Positions 25,981 to 40,582 of a DNA stretch of 64,000 nt are shown here, one piece after another. Under the pieces are notes generated by a model. It was given only the letters and a program-made list of their open reading frames with translations. It did no database searches and was not told where the DNA came from. The stretch lies in assembly GCA_002633005.1 (NCBI GenBank), contig NMRA01000318.1:335594-399593 (forward strand), read 5' to 3'. Made by a program: the position numbers and the translations under genes. Numbering within the stretch: the first letter of the stretch is position 1; the number at the start of each line of letters is the position of its first letter. Source of the stretch: Phoronis australis. Its lineage: Eukaryota > Animalia > Phoronida.

Positions 25981-28019
25981 CCTTTCATTGCTCATATTCT
26001 AACGGAGAAGGTGTTATGAACATTCATTCTACCAATGTTAGATATTTTTACCGCGCTGCGGATGTAAACCACAACGATTGCTACCCATTACCGGTGGTGC
26101 CTCATTCTCTTGGTAATTTAAGGCATCCGCAGTAAAATTGGACTCTGTTATTCATTGCTTGTGGTGTAGTTTACTTAATTTGATATGTTTGAGCTAATTG
26201 TTGTCATCCAGAACAACCTTTAATTGAATGATACTTGTTCATTCAGTCTCTATCTGTACAGTGAGTTGGAACATGTTTGGTTGCGTGACTAATAAACATA
26301 TGGCTACCATATTGCTTTTTGGCGGCGTGTTTAAGTGGCTTTTGCGAACGTTAATTTTTTGTTTGTAGGCAGCTGGTGTGCATATATTATATCTTTAGGT
26401 GTGTTGTTCCTTTTTACAATTTGTAATTTTTGGCACTATTTTGTTTCGATTGTAACTCGTAGAAAACCAGGAAAACGTGGAAAATAGTTTCCATACGTGG
26501 AAAATTTATGGAAAATGGGGAAAGTCGAAACTGGATCATGCTATTTCTTTTTACCTTTAAATGTTGTTTAACTCATAGCCATGAATTCCTCTTGGACTTA
26601 TCTAAGTGTTATTAATATAGGGCTTCACATGCATCACTGTTTTTCACTAAATCCATCCAGCTTATCTGGTTACTGATATTGTTTACATTGGTCAATGTTG
26701 CCCTCCCCGACAAGTCTCCCTGTCTGGCTGTGTTTGTTCAGAACTTGTGCCTCTCTTGTACAATGTAGCGCAAGTTAAATATCATGTATTTTGTGCAAAT
26801 TACAAGCTTATATTAATCCCAGTTCTTCAAAACAGTCTTAACAGTAAGAGGGACATAACACAACCGACGTGTGATTTTGTTCTGAACATTTATCAGTCCG
26901 AGATAAAATAGATTTAGGTAACATTTCTGCAGTTAGAACACAGTTATGGCGGACGAGGAAAATTCTCTTTTTATCAAAAAATTCAACAATGAGTTAACTG
27001 TAAAAAACATCACTTCATTATTATACAATTTATAGTATACAGCTGTCATCAGCATGAAGTTTTAAGCATTTTAACAATAATCTGGGCTTTTGAAAAATGG
27101 AAAAACAACAATTGTGGCAATTATTTTTGTGGAAACGTGAGACATCTTTATTTTAAGCACAACCGGCCAACATTTTGGGGTGCCTCATCGCCATACTTTC
27201 TGTTTGTTCATTGTGCTGAGCTAATATTCACATTTAGAGACATTGTCACCGAGCAACGCAGAAGTTCACTGCTGGGATCACGATGTCTGCTCTAGTTAAC
27301 ACTCACATTTAACTGTAGACGCCCATTCTTGGTGTTAAAGTTTCTCAATATGAAACTGCATCTCTTGTGAAGGGATCCAGAAAAAAATCAAAATTTACGC
27401 CCCTTGTTCCGACTAAATAGGTCTCAAAATGTTTCTTGTGGTGTTAGGATTCTATTTTCATTGGTTTGAATAAACAGCTTGAGCATTAGTGATTCAAAAG
27501 TGCTTCAGGAAATCAAAATACTGGTCAACCATTATGAATTTGACCACACCCATTGAAACACAATATTTTCTCAGTTTCATATGAATGTTCAAACAGATGT
27601 TATGAGCAAGGAAATTTAAATCCAGTTTGATAGGTTTTAATTAGAAAGTTTTTTGATTTCATGTTAAGACAGTAAGAGAAATGGAGTACAATGTCCATTT
27701 TTGGCCATTCCATTTATAGAAATGAAACAAAATGACTAAACTTCTCACGATTACATTGATAGGGTATATGCATATATACCATGTCGAACGTTTCGCTGAA
27801 ATTCGGACCGGTAGTCGGGGCCAGAGTTGTAACTTGGTGGAAGTACTGTTTTCTTTCAAAGAGAGAAAGGCTTCAGATTGCGAGGTGATGTACTTGGGTT
27901 TGTTGCGGAGCCATTTTTAATTGCTGGTGGTCTGATACACTTGTACCAGACATGCACAGGCTGCTCCGGTGGGCCTAATGCAGTGATCACCTGGAACCAC
28001 TGTTATTCTTTAATATATA

Positions 28020-28147
28020 GTTAAAACCGAGCTGAGGAGCTTAGAGACCTGACTCAATGGTCTAGCAGTGTGCCCAGGTGGGACTTAAACCCATAACCTT
28101 GTGTAAGAGAAGCAGACGCCTAGCCTACTAGGCCACACTGCCTCCAG
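28020..28147 (-). mobile_element. tRNA-derived SINE
   Basis: Reverse strand GGCAGTGTGGCCTAGTAGG...GGGTTTAAGTCCC followed by a body shared with 30590-30712. Confidence 0.6.
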
Positions 28148-28892
28148 TATGGTTACTGGATATGAAGTTTATTCAAAGGTTTGATGTTGTAATGTATGTG
28201 TATACGCTAATAGGAATTTAATCGCAGAACGCTTTGTTGTTCCAGAACCTTGATTCTCTGTGTGTTATTTGTCTTTAAAGGGTTTGTCACTAATCAGTTT
28301 TATAGTTAAATTGTCAGCATTACACTGTATTTCACTATGCAGCAGTATGACTAAACCACTATAAATACTTTATGATGAAAACTATGTCTAGGCATTTCAC
28401 AATGTCGACCTGGAATACCATCCAGCTTTACACAGCTTTGATGTGAAAATTGGTTAATTTCGTCCTCGTATCCAGGCCAAAACTGACGATCATTTTTTTT
28501 CAATTATCTGATATGAACTGTGTCGGGCACGGTGCACTGGGTACGTTAGTTGATTGGCCAGGTGACATATATGATAGATACCTGTCTTGGTACAAAATGC
28601 TATTACAGCAAAATGTTGTGCGAACACCCATTCGTCAGTTGTTGTCAAATTGTACATAACTCAGAACCTTACGTGTATGCTGTTGGTAACATTTCTTCGG
28701 TCACCTATCCCATCATCCTTTGGCATGAATTGTTTGCTGTAAATTAATGATTTAGTACCAACTGAAACATTTATTTTGCAAGTTGTTTTCTGTAATGTCC
28801 CTAATCCACTGCTTTTGTTACATTAGAAGAGAAAAATTCTGTGTACAGTACCCTAACAAAGTGGCTACTGTGTATTTTTGAGCACACTGCAA

Positions 28893-29512
<620 letters not shown>

Positions 29513-30589
29513 TGATTTCATAGCAAATTTGCATTGCATTTTTTATGAGAATCAAAACATTGCTGACATAAACCCAGCTAGTTCATTTTAGATATAGGGG
29601 CTACCTTCATGACATCTTAAATGAACTGTTACCCAATTAGAAACCTAATATGTATCTGTCTTAGCTAAGCCTAAGCCTAGAACCATATTGTTCATCATTA
29701 CTCTATATGTAAAAAGGTGGCGGGCGGTTTGAAAAATGGACCGACTTTTCCATTTGTTGCCATGCTGCATATGTAAGTCATGTAGATCTAGAGATTGATC
29801 CTTCGCCTATGAAAAGTTGGATAAGCCCTCTTGGAAAGCAGTGCTATCACTGAAGAGGCCACCCTCATTTTAAATATCACAATAATAAATAATAAATGAA
29901 TAATATTTTTTAAAATCATGTAGCAGTCCCGTATGAATTTCATGTGGAATGGAATTGTTTTTGTTAACATCTTTATCAGTTTTGTGACTACATGTTTTGT
30001 CAGCATAGGTTTCTTATTGATTAAGCAAAGTTGTTACAGAGAGAAATTGATTTTTGTTTACAGATCAGAGGTTCCTTTTAAGAACGTTTTGATTTCTCAG
30101 CTAGTTCTTTTAAGTGCCCGCTGTAACTTTCTATTTTTGAACCATCCCATTCATTTAAAACGACATGTTGTGGAGACCATGTGTTTTGTTGGCCCTGATG
30201 GAGCATTAAGTTACTGGCATGTTTTGTTTGACTGTCATTTTGTTATCAGTTACAGCAATATTGAGATCTTTCCAATTAAATTTCTGGCTGTAGTTCATTA
30301 CCAGTAACATATGGTCTGCTCTTAATAACAAAATGTGCTTTGGTAGTGGGGGGAGTGATAAGATCTGTTTGATGTTGCTGAATTGTTCTTCCACTTGATA
30401 TTCTTTGCAGTAAATGATATGAGGCTGCCATCACTGTGGTTTCATACTAACCGTTTAAAAATAGTGCAGGTGAACTGATACATGTTGCCTCAGACATGTG
30501 CAAGCCTCTCAGTTAGGTCCATTGCACCTGAAACCATTTTTTTTATTTATTAACATATACATATGAATATAACTCATAAGAATGCACAA

Positions 30590-30712
30590 TTTAAGACCAA
30601 GTTGAGGAACTAGAGACGTGTTTCCTGGGTCTAGCTGTGGGGTCCAATGGGATTCCAACTGATGGCCTTGTGAAGAGGAGTCAGACACTCAACCCTTTAG
30701 GCCACACCGTCT
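30590..30712 (-). mobile_element. tRNA-derived SINE, same family as 28020-28147
   Basis: Reverse strand GACGGTGTGGCCTAAAGG...GCTAGACC...GTCTCTA..TCCTCA.CT.GGT. Confidence 0.6.
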
Positions 30713-31213
30713 TTACATAATTTTTTTAACCAACATATATGTAACGGGAAGCTAAATATATCATGGATTTAACTGCATTGACTTACTTTTTGTCAAGTTA
30801 GGAAATGAAATATGTGCTCAATAATTAATGTGGTTTATGGTGATTAATACTTATTTTTATCAGCGACCACATAATTAAGATGCAGTCAACCTTGCGCTCT
30901 ATACAATTGATATGTGTTTTATCAATGTCTGTTAGAGTTCTTCAGGTTGCTGGTAATAACGTTTGGAAAAACACGCATTATGCACTGTGGGAGTATTCGG
31001 ACATCATAGACATTGCAGCCTTACAGTTGTCTCCCTTGCATATCAATAGCTTTGTAGGACATTAGATTGTGTGGGGATGTGTGGATGGCAATAGCTGAGG
31101 TTATAGTGAATGGAGAACAAGGGGGTGGGGCGGACTATCTCCAATACACATTTCGAAGTACAGATTGGTTGTAGCAATGTTCTATCTTGTCACCTGTCAC
31201 CTATGACCTTTGA

Positions 31214-31402
<189 letters not shown>

Positions 31403-34400
31403 TAAAATTCAGGGCCTGGTAGCATAAAAGTTATGTGCTGGAAAGTAGCAGTGACGTCGCATTATCACGAGTCACGTTAGTGTCGAACGTTGCGCACAAA
31501 CTTACTCAGTTTAGAAGTTTTATGCAACTCAGCTTAGGTGTTTAGTTTCTCAAAAGGTTTTGCTGAGCCCACAGTCAAGGTGTGTGATTGCGGTTCATGT
31601 TCTTTGGTCGCCAGTAGGTAGGGCCGAGACGCATGCAGGCAGGGATGTATTGGTACTCTGACAACACTGAAACATAATTTTTCCAGAGGAACAATTGCTT
31701 TAATTTCTTTAAGTGTTTTTGATCAGTTACGTACGAATTCAAACAGAACCACTAATGCCATTGGCCTTCATTGTACAATTTGGACAGATTATTAAGTCAT
31801 TGAGTATTATTACAGTCAATAATTCTCCATGTTGACCACTCATAACTTTTATATTGTCCACTGCTATTACAACGCCATTTTTCTTTGCCTTTGGTAATGC
31901 AGAACTCATCAACTGTTAGATCCTTTTGCTCACAAGCCCTAAACCACTACACTGCCAGCACGTTACCAATCTTGAATGTCTCCTTTTTATGTCATCCAGA
32001 TTCAGATGTCACAGTTGTTTATAAATAATTATAAAATATAAACCGCAAGGTGAATGCAAACTTGCATCAAGACATCGCAGTTCCCTCCGTCACGCTATTG
32101 TACAAGATTTGTTTTCAAAGGCTAAACCTTTCACAACACTTTATTTGCATGGACTTTAGCCCGTTCATGCTTAGAGTGCTGACATGCAGCTTGCAATAGC
32201 ATTATGGTGTTTGTCGATTGTTTGCCTTAAAATCGATTGTTGTATAATCTCTCCTAGAAGGTAACCATTTGGTCTTTTGCCGTACATCTCCTGGAATTTT
32301 TTTTAATCGCTCCACAACATTTTGAGTAAAAAAACTGCTAGCCAACAAACGGAATGGATTACCGTCATAAGATCAAACATATCTTCCTTCCAGATGTAAT
32401 CAGTAATAAAAACTGCTATTGACTTTCACAGGCGATCAATATGATGGTTTTCAGACTGATTCAATAGACTTTGAAAGGTGATTTTAGTTTCAAACTCTTC
32501 CCAAACGTTTGATGTTTGACGATGACTAGAGGGCATTATTTTGTCAAGTTGTCTCAGTGCTTAGCTCCCCATACAATGAATAACAAAAGTAATCGGACAA
32601 ACTACCGTTTAGCCATCGTCACAACAAATTCCCCCCTTAAAGCGAAAAGACACTTCACGTTATCTATTTGCGGCATAATCCTCACTCTGGAATAGCGTTT
32701 TTCAACCAGTGATTACTTTACGGTTAATTCCCCGCCATTCTCAATCATTGCGACGGCTACGGTGGTGGTAGATTCCATTTACGCTCGGCTGTCTTGACAA
32801 GGAATTCCAGGTCATTTTGTCCAATTACTCTCGCGGTGTTTTAGACACGAAATTACTAGGGTTCTGAATACTAAACATATCCCTTGAGCAATCATATCCA
32901 ATATGTCCTCGCATTCTGTCTGACCCAAAACATATTCTTCCCGTTGTTAACACAGCAGAATTAAATACCAGTCTGCTGACTGAATGATACTGCACATGTA
33001 TTTGTTACACATCTGTATTACCATCGTCTGCAGATGTGGGTTATGGAGGACAATTATGCATGGAATTTGTTGGAATAGCTGCTGTAGTTAGCCGATGATG
33101 ACTTGGCATTCGTCCAACTATATTGGTTAACAGCACATCCCATGTTTTTTGCTCTGGCTTTCCTGTTGATACATTGATAGATAACTCTTGTTATAGGATA
33201 TGTAGGACCCTTGAAAAATGTCCAAATTTGGCCAACACATGTCAGAAGTAGCTGATGAAATTCACATGAAACTTTCCGATACAAAATGCTTTTTGCAATG
33301 TTTTCCAAATTTTGTTAGGAATTGTTTTTAAAATGTTTCTCACCTTGAGCATTTATATTAAATTAAAATTTGACCGTGTTATTGTTACCATTGTCTCGCT
33401 GTAAACGTGCCTTGATGGCATATTGGTAAAAATCCAAAAATCATAATTCTACAGGCTTTCTGATTTGAGGAAATTTATCCTTTTACTGATCTAAAATCTA
33501 TTGAGTTTGGTTATTTGGCTAAATATGCAAGACTGTCAATAAGGTCCAACATATTTTTAATTGTTTTAATCTTAGTAATGACATCACCAAAGGGGGCCCT
33601 GGTGCACACGCGCACGTGCGCACACACACACACGTGTACATACAGACATACAAATATGCATGTATATAGCTTCTTTGTGTTGGACACGACTCCTATAATT
33701 TGGACAGTATATGGTTAATTACCCAGTTTATTGCATTCAGTCTTGTGTCCATATTAGGTCACGTATCTACTTTGGTATTATTGATTGTGTTTAGCTGCCT
33801 TTCTGTGTAGCATGAGCCAATTTGGGATTACTGTATTACACTCAATTATTAGTAGTGATCAGTTAATGACTGTGTACACTGTGTCCATAAAGTTATTAAG
33901 TCAGTCCCAACTAGTTACGATAACATCTCCCCAGTTGAGGGCACAATATGGCATGCAGTTGCAGGCAAGCGAAATTTAAGTTTTCTCATTTTTCCATAAA
34001 AGACAGTGGTCACCAAATGAATGCTTTGCCATTTTCAAGCTGTCTAACATAGCTACCATCGGATAATACTTCAAAAAGTGTGGACACTCAATACCTTTAA
34101 ATAGAAACGAGGTTACTTTTGGTAATTACTGTTTTCAGAAATTAGCGACATTTTACCGTGTGATGTAGAGATAAATCATAAATAAAGTTGAACACTACTC
34201 CCGTGTATTGGTGAAAGATTGGATGACTAATTATTTCTGGCAACACTGATGTAACATATTGAAGTTTATCAGTAATTTATGAATGATCTGTTGCAGCGAA
34301 TCCAAATGGTGTATGCAGCAGACAAGATAATGTAAATCTATGCGCAAGATAAATACATTCACAAATCGTGCTATAACGATTGTTATAATCCACCGCCTAT

Positions 34401-34626
34401 TTAGTATTATAATACACGGAGAAAGAATTTTGTTTTGTGGAATAGCTCACGAAACATTAGACAGATTTTGCTTCATTACTGACATCATTTGCGCAGAACA
34501 GCTGTCGGCCTAAAAACTGAGTTTGTTGGATTTGTATTTGTGTACAAAATCCGCAATTCCTCTTCTTCTATTTAAAGTTTCACAATGGAACATGTATTAT
34601 GAATATTTCCCTTTACTTTTTGATAG

Positions 34627-34730
34627 GCTTTATGTTGGAACCAGACCCTGATAAGAGGCCAGATATCTTTCAAATTTGTTATTTGGCCTTCGGATTGGCT
34701 GGCCGTGAAAACCCGGTGAAAAATGTTGAC
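34627..34730 (+). CDS. AAK1: AAK1 exon 8 (GFMLEPDPDKRPDIFQI...NVD)
   Basis: MLEPDPDKRPDI, kinase subdomain XI. Confidence 0.96.
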
Positions 34731-35055
34731 GTAAGTTGGATTGAAATTTTTGTTTTACTATTATTTTGATTGCCTGTTGATGTTTATTTCTCTGCTGTGC
34801 AATGTTGTGTACATAATCATCAATTAATACAGCTGCATGAAGAAATAGGTCAGTAAACCGGTGGCTTCACACTTAGTGGAGAAATTGTTGATATTTGAAG
34901 AATGTTTGATAATTTTACTTGGGAATAAGTTCACCCGCATTTTGTCAACAGTATAAAAACGGCTTTTAGTCGAACATAACCAGTACCGATGAACTTTAAT
35001 GTATTCAAAATTCCATCATAATCTTGTCATATTTGGTGCATTGATATGTTTGTAG

Positions 35056-35138
35056 GGTTATCCAATTCCAAACATCAACAAACTGCCTGTCCCAATGAAG
35101 GACTCAGAATCTAGACAAGCCCGTTCCAACACCCCCAG
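35056..35138 (+). CDS. AAK1: AAK1 exon 9 (GYPIPNINKLPVPMKDSESRQARSNTP)
   Basis: GT-AG, phase 0/2; LPxPxxxSE post-kinase motif. Confidence 0.88.
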
Positions 35139-35369
35139 GTGAGCAGGTGTGGCAACACTGTGCAGTCAGATATTATCAGACTAGAAATACGTTAAGTTGC
35201 ATGTCACTTTTGCAGAGTGCGAGGTATTGATTGATGGGACTAGATGCGAGTTTCTCATGGCTAATAGTCGTTTTTGTTGCAAACACTTAGTTGGTCGTAA
35301 TTACATCTGATTAACATGGTGACCAAGGTTCATATAATTGTGACTTTTAATGTCAGTCTTTCTGCATAG

Positions 35370-35518
35370 GTCAATACAGAACCAAACCATCGAGACGACG
35401 TCGGTTGCACCTCGTCAGAGACCCAAGCCAGGCCAGGCAAACAACCTGCCCCGCGGGCCCATACAGACTACAATCACACCGCGAAAACGTCCAACACCCG
35501 TGGGGACACCTGTTGGCG
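35370..35518 (+). CDS. AAK1: AAK1 exon 10 (ETTSVAPRQRPK...ITPRKRP)
   Basis: TSxAPRQRPK conserved in AAK1/BMP2K; phase 2/1. Confidence 0.92.
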
Positions 35519-35634
35519 GTATGTCATCTTTAAACTTTACACAACCGCGTTTTCAATTTTTCAAAAAACATTTTGTGCTCTCAGCTTTTATGTATGTTCC
35601 ATTGGTTGAGAATGATGGCAATTTTAATTTCTTA

Positions 35635-36461
35635 TTAAGGGCGGTTCCAGTAAAATCCGTGTGGGAGGGAGGGGATGGCAGTAGAAATAAAAATTCATGG
35701 GTGGTGGTGTTCAGAAAAAAAATCAAATTATGAGTGGTCGTTCCTGTAAGAAGTGATGCATTAAAATGGGTGGTATTTTTTGACCTGTTAATGTTGACAG
35801 GTTGGTTACTTCAGCTGTCTAAACTCAAAAAAATGCAAATGGCATATATCCTAAATTAACCCAATACAAAAAAGCCCATATTGCCAGTGAACAGAGTGCA
35901 ATATGTTCACTAAGCCATTAATCAAGTCATGGGCAACTGGATTTGAGCCAACTGTTTGTCTGCAGTCCTGTTGAATTGAAAAGTTATGCAACACTAAACT
36001 GGTGTTAACACATATAAGAAAATTGATGATTTTTAAATAAAAAGTATGAGGAGTAAGATAAACAAGCTCCAATATTCACTTGACATAGAAGTATAAAAGA
36101 GTTCGTGGAGACAGTTTGAGATTCATAGATCCTTATAATTGAAAAAATGTTCATTGAAATTATAGACACATGGTGAACAGAGACACCTGGTGGCTGCCAA
36201 AAGTATTGCTCACAAGCTACTTTAGTTTTTGACAATATTGGACAAGACAACTAGTTCTTGTCTGTCAATCATCTAAGTTTTTAACAGGTCCTCCTGGAGG
36301 CAATTTGTTTGCAAGTGTTGGATTTTATATTTTAGCCTATTAAAAATAATAAAAAAATTATGGGTCATGGGTTGAAGAAATAAATGAAAAATGTGGGCGG
36401 CGGGTACGAAATAAAAGTGCCTTCCCCCCCTCCCATACAGATTTTGCTGGAACAGGCCTAA
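35635..36461. mobile_element. MITE with ~35-bp TIRs in AAK1 intron 10
   Basis: gggcggttccagtaaaatccgtgtgggaggg vs reverse complement ggcctgttccagcaaaatctgtatgggaggg; TAA/TTA flanks. Confidence 0.7.
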
Positions 36462-36966
36462 ATAAAACAATCACCAATTTTCACGTTTTTGCATGTCTTG
36501 GTTTTTGTCTTTAACCTCTTTCCGCTGCCATTTGGTGGGTAGTCTTTTATGTGTTTCCACAGAGTGACTGAAATATTTGCTAGTCATCTGACTATGTACA
36601 ACTGAACGTCAAAAACTAGCTAGGAATCGTCAGTAAAAAATTGTCAAAATGAACAAATGTAGCTTTTTCAGTCCACTAAAACTCGATTTCTGGTCGTCTT
36701 GCTATGCAATTCATTCCAAACTGGAGACCACCCGGCGTTTAACCAGTGCCTACCATGTCTGATAGACCTCTGAAAGAAGCTTAATCAGACAATTATCACT
36801 AACACCACCTTTGTTACAAATGATGACTAAGTAGAGTAGAATCCTGACGTGCACAATGACCATCTGATTTAGTTTTTGCTGTAGTAGAACTACATGTATC
36901 GGGATAGAAATGCAATTCTCTGGAAATTCATCGGAGAGTATACACTTGTCCCGTTGTTCTTTTCAG

Positions 36967-37493
36967 AATTACAACAGAGTTCTTCTAATCACAACAGTGT
37001 CAATCAGCACAACAGTGGCCAACAGCAACAACAACAACAACAGCAGTTGTATCAACAACAGTTGTATGCTCAACAACAGTTGCTTGCTCAACAACAACAA
37101 CAACAAAAGTTGTATGCTCAACAACTTGCTTTGAAGCAGCAACAGCAGCAACAACAGTTGGCTGCTCAGCAGCAACAGCAGCAACAACAGTTGGCTGCTC
37201 AGCAGCAGCAACAACAACAACAACAACAGCAACAACAATTGACTGCAGCACAGCAGCAATACTTGCAACAGCAGCAAGCAGCTATGTTGCAGCAACAACA
37301 GCAGCAGAAGCAATTGGCCATGCAGCAGCAACAGCAACAACAAGTAAACTTTTCACAACAACGGCAGAACCATTCAGCTCAACAATTGCAATATCAAGGC
37401 CACCAGTTTCCTGTACACCAGCAACATCAACATCAGTATCAAATCCAACACCAAAATGATATCAACGGACAGCATCACCAGCAGCCAACGCAG
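36967..37493 (+). CDS. AAK1: AAK1 exon 11, glutamine-rich region
   Basis: Within ORF 36894-37550; tttcag acceptor, CAG|gtaact donor; Q-rich region as in AAK1/BMP2K. Confidence 0.92.
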
Positions 37494-38477
37494 GTAACTA
37501 GTTCTTGCTTAAAGCTTCACTACCTTGAGCCTGCCAATGGTGAATATTGAGAGTAAAACTTCTGCACATAGTCTTGTGATGTGGTCAAGGTATGAGGTCA
37601 AAGGTTATAACACTCTACTTCAGGGCTTGGAGTTTTCCTCTTTCAGGAGGATTTCCCCTTTTTTAGGTTTTGATTTCCTCTTATTTGATTTCTAGTTTCC
37701 TTTTTTTAGTCTCTCTTTATCATTATTTGGACTTTATTCATGCAAAAACGTTTATTTCACTTAAACTTTACAACACAAAAAATCTATCACACCAACCAAT
37801 TTGTGGAACGATACATCACCTGGAAATTTTTCCTCTTTTTGGTCATTGGTCTTTCCAAACCTAAGTAAAATTACTATACCCAGTGTTTCAATTTTGTACA
37901 AGTTAAGGGGCCAAAGGACCCTGGTTTTGCAAAATTTGCTTGTCGGCTTTGAAATGAAGAGCACAAAAATGCCTGTAACAATTCACTTTAAGTTCGTTTT
38001 ATAAACTTGTGAAAAGCTTTCAACTTTTGGTTTGAAAAGTTGGAGGCACAATGTGCTTATGATATTTACATTTTAAGTTCTAACTCAGATACCATAAGGA
38101 TTGCTTATTGCTTGCTAGGTGTTTGCTTGCCATAGGTTATGCATCCTAGTTTGAAATGGTAGACAAGTGTTCATAGATGATAGTCGTCTTCCTTTAGTCA
38201 AAGCATTACCCTGAAGCCATGTTCAACGAAGTGTTGTTCATCTACATGTTAGCATCGTGTAACACACTATCTGAAAAAAACTTCCCACGTTTGAATGTGA
38301 AAAATAATTGTTGCAATACTTTACTCTTTAGTTTATGCATTGCCCTATTAAACATTAGTCTTTAAATTTTGATTTGTGGAACGCTGCAGGTTAATGTTTT
38401 GACTCTTTCCCCGGCCTTGCGTGTGCATTATTTCCCCTGTCACATCACTATAGTCGCATCCTGATCCACTCTTTCAG

Positions 38478-38597
38478 GATTTGCTAGTGTCGCTCGAGCC
38501 TGTGCTAGACTCTAGTAACCCTTCTATTACCTCTGGACAGTTGCAGTTTGACAGCAGCGGTGTGTTCAAAGTGCCCTTACCTGTCGATCCACTGAGT
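38478..38597 (+). CDS. AAK1: AAK1 exon 12, symmetric, possibly a cassette (DLLVSLEPVLD...FKVPLPVDPLS)
   Basis: ctttcag acceptor, gtaagt donor, 120 nt open in phase 0. Confidence 0.7.
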
Positions 38598-39156
38598 GTA
38601 AGTGGATATTGACCTCTTGAGTAGACGTAGTGTGCTTGTCAGCAAAAAAGCATGTTGCTTTATGACTATGACTATGACAGGTCATTGACAACTAATAATT
38701 AAATTCAGTTGTGTTCTACCTATACCGGAGTTTGGACTTAAAGGTGACATGATAAGAATACTGTGCTCCATTAGATACTGCCTGATATGATTAGATGTCT
38801 TGATGTTGAATGTTGATTTTTTAGTTTTTATTTTTCATTTGTTTTGAACTGTTGTAAATGCTTTTCCCACGCAGTGCTGATTAGGTCTAGCTGAAATCGC
38901 AAACTATCAAACTAATAGATTAATTGAATTGGTGGTTTATGGTGAATCTTTCCTTTTAATGAAATCTATTTGTCCATAGTTTTGTGATGCGTAATGAGGA
39001 AGGATAACTCTGTGTATTAAAAAACAAAGAGTTCCCCCACTCAACATGAGACAAGTCAGAGTTTCTTTAAATAGGTTCATCAGGATGTTCTGTATGCAGA
39101 AGGAAGTTCGTGGCAACTTTATGGTTCCTCTTTAACCTTGGTATTTTTCTTTTCAG

Positions 39157-39281
39157 CAAAGCCAACCTCTAGTCAGGTTAACACCAAATAGCTCACCTCA
39201 GATGAAAAGTCACCGTAGAAATGTCAGCGACACTGCCGCCTTGGTACCTGGAATAGGCAAACATAAGGCTAGTGCATTTAC
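39157..39281 (+). CDS. AAK1: AAK1 exon 13 (LTPNSSPQMKSHRRNVSD)
   Basis: Resembles the AAK1 LTPPSSP...HRRILSD motif. Confidence 0.92.
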
Positions 39282-40486
39282 GTGAGTACGGTAATCTCGT
39301 GTGCCTGCTTTTTCGGATATTGTCCCACTGAAAAGATGGCAAAATTACCCGCTCTATAGATTGAAAACACATCCGAAATTTAAGAAATATGGCGAACACG
39401 AAAATCGTCTTTGTCCCAAATTCCAGAATCAATAAAATTCAATCAGTTTTTGCAGGAGTTTTCCTGCTTCAAATTCTAGAAACTTCCATATTGAAGACTT
39501 TTTACTGTAGCCTCATTTTAGCTGACCCCAAATTTGTACGAAGTTATACATCTGAGATTTCCTTAAAATTGTCTACATTTGTGAATACCGGTCTCACGAG
39601 AATTTTAGCTTCCTAAAGGTATGAAACGGCCGTCAGCACCTTGAGCTGTCCAGTTGTGAAATTACCCACACTGTAGGAGATGCGGTTCTTTTGGCTCAAT
39701 ATTATTGCACTAGTGGGCAAAAATGTCACATGAGCGAATTGAGCTATCGCAAGCTCCGCCCCTAGCGCAATGTCGACAAACGAACAATAAGTTTTACCTG
39801 GCAACGTGTTGTTTGTCGGGTAAAATGGCGGCTTGGAAACAAAGTTGTGTCACGAATGCTGCGTTCTGATTGGTCAGTTAAGCCGTCACTCAAAATCCTT
39901 TCAACAGGTCTATTGACCCTTTTTGTAAATGTCTACCACAATCTCACCATTCTTGTTTTTAAATGCAAGTGATTTATGAGTTCCCCTATCTAAACACCCC
40001 AGGCTTTAACTCGGACTAGTGCTCTATAGAGCCCGAGATTTCAGTTGTAATTATCTGATAATGCATAATCAAATTTGCTTTCTACTTGCAATAGTGAAAT
40101 ATCAAATAGTTTTGATGTCTTCTAAGGTTTGATTTGGCTTTGCAGTGAATTGCATTGTCCTGGTTCTAAAGTTTGTGTCTCATGTGCCATGGAGTATCCA
40201 AAGACTCTCGTCAAAACTTTGACAGGATTTCACAATTTCACCATGCTAATCACATGGCTTTGCTGTCTGGCACGAACTTTACCAAATCAGCGTCATTCAA
40301 AGCGAAGGTTGTCGTAGATTTTCAGATTATTCTGTCACCAACTGGTCGTAAGCTGTCATAATACAATGAGATACTACCATTTGTTTTTCGAGTAGGAAGT
40401 GCCTTCAGTAGATCATACTGCAGTTGGCACATCTGTCACTTTCAGTGTATGAATGACTCTGTTCCACTATTCTCATTTTGTTCCAG

Positions 40487-40582
40487 GGCGTATCAATCTA
40501 ACGAGTTACATCCAGCCATGCCTGTGGAAGACCTGACAAAGTCCAAGTCAGCCTCCACAACACCGAGCCATTCACCTCCTAG
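40487..40582 (+). CDS. AAK1: AAK1 exon 14 (KSKSASTTPSHSPP)
   Basis: KSKSAxTTPSxSP motif of AAK1; phase 2/2. Confidence 0.92.

Noticed and set aside
36969-37343. Poly-Leu and poly-Val antisense ORFs
   Set aside because: Reverse-strand reading of the CAA/CAG polyQ exon
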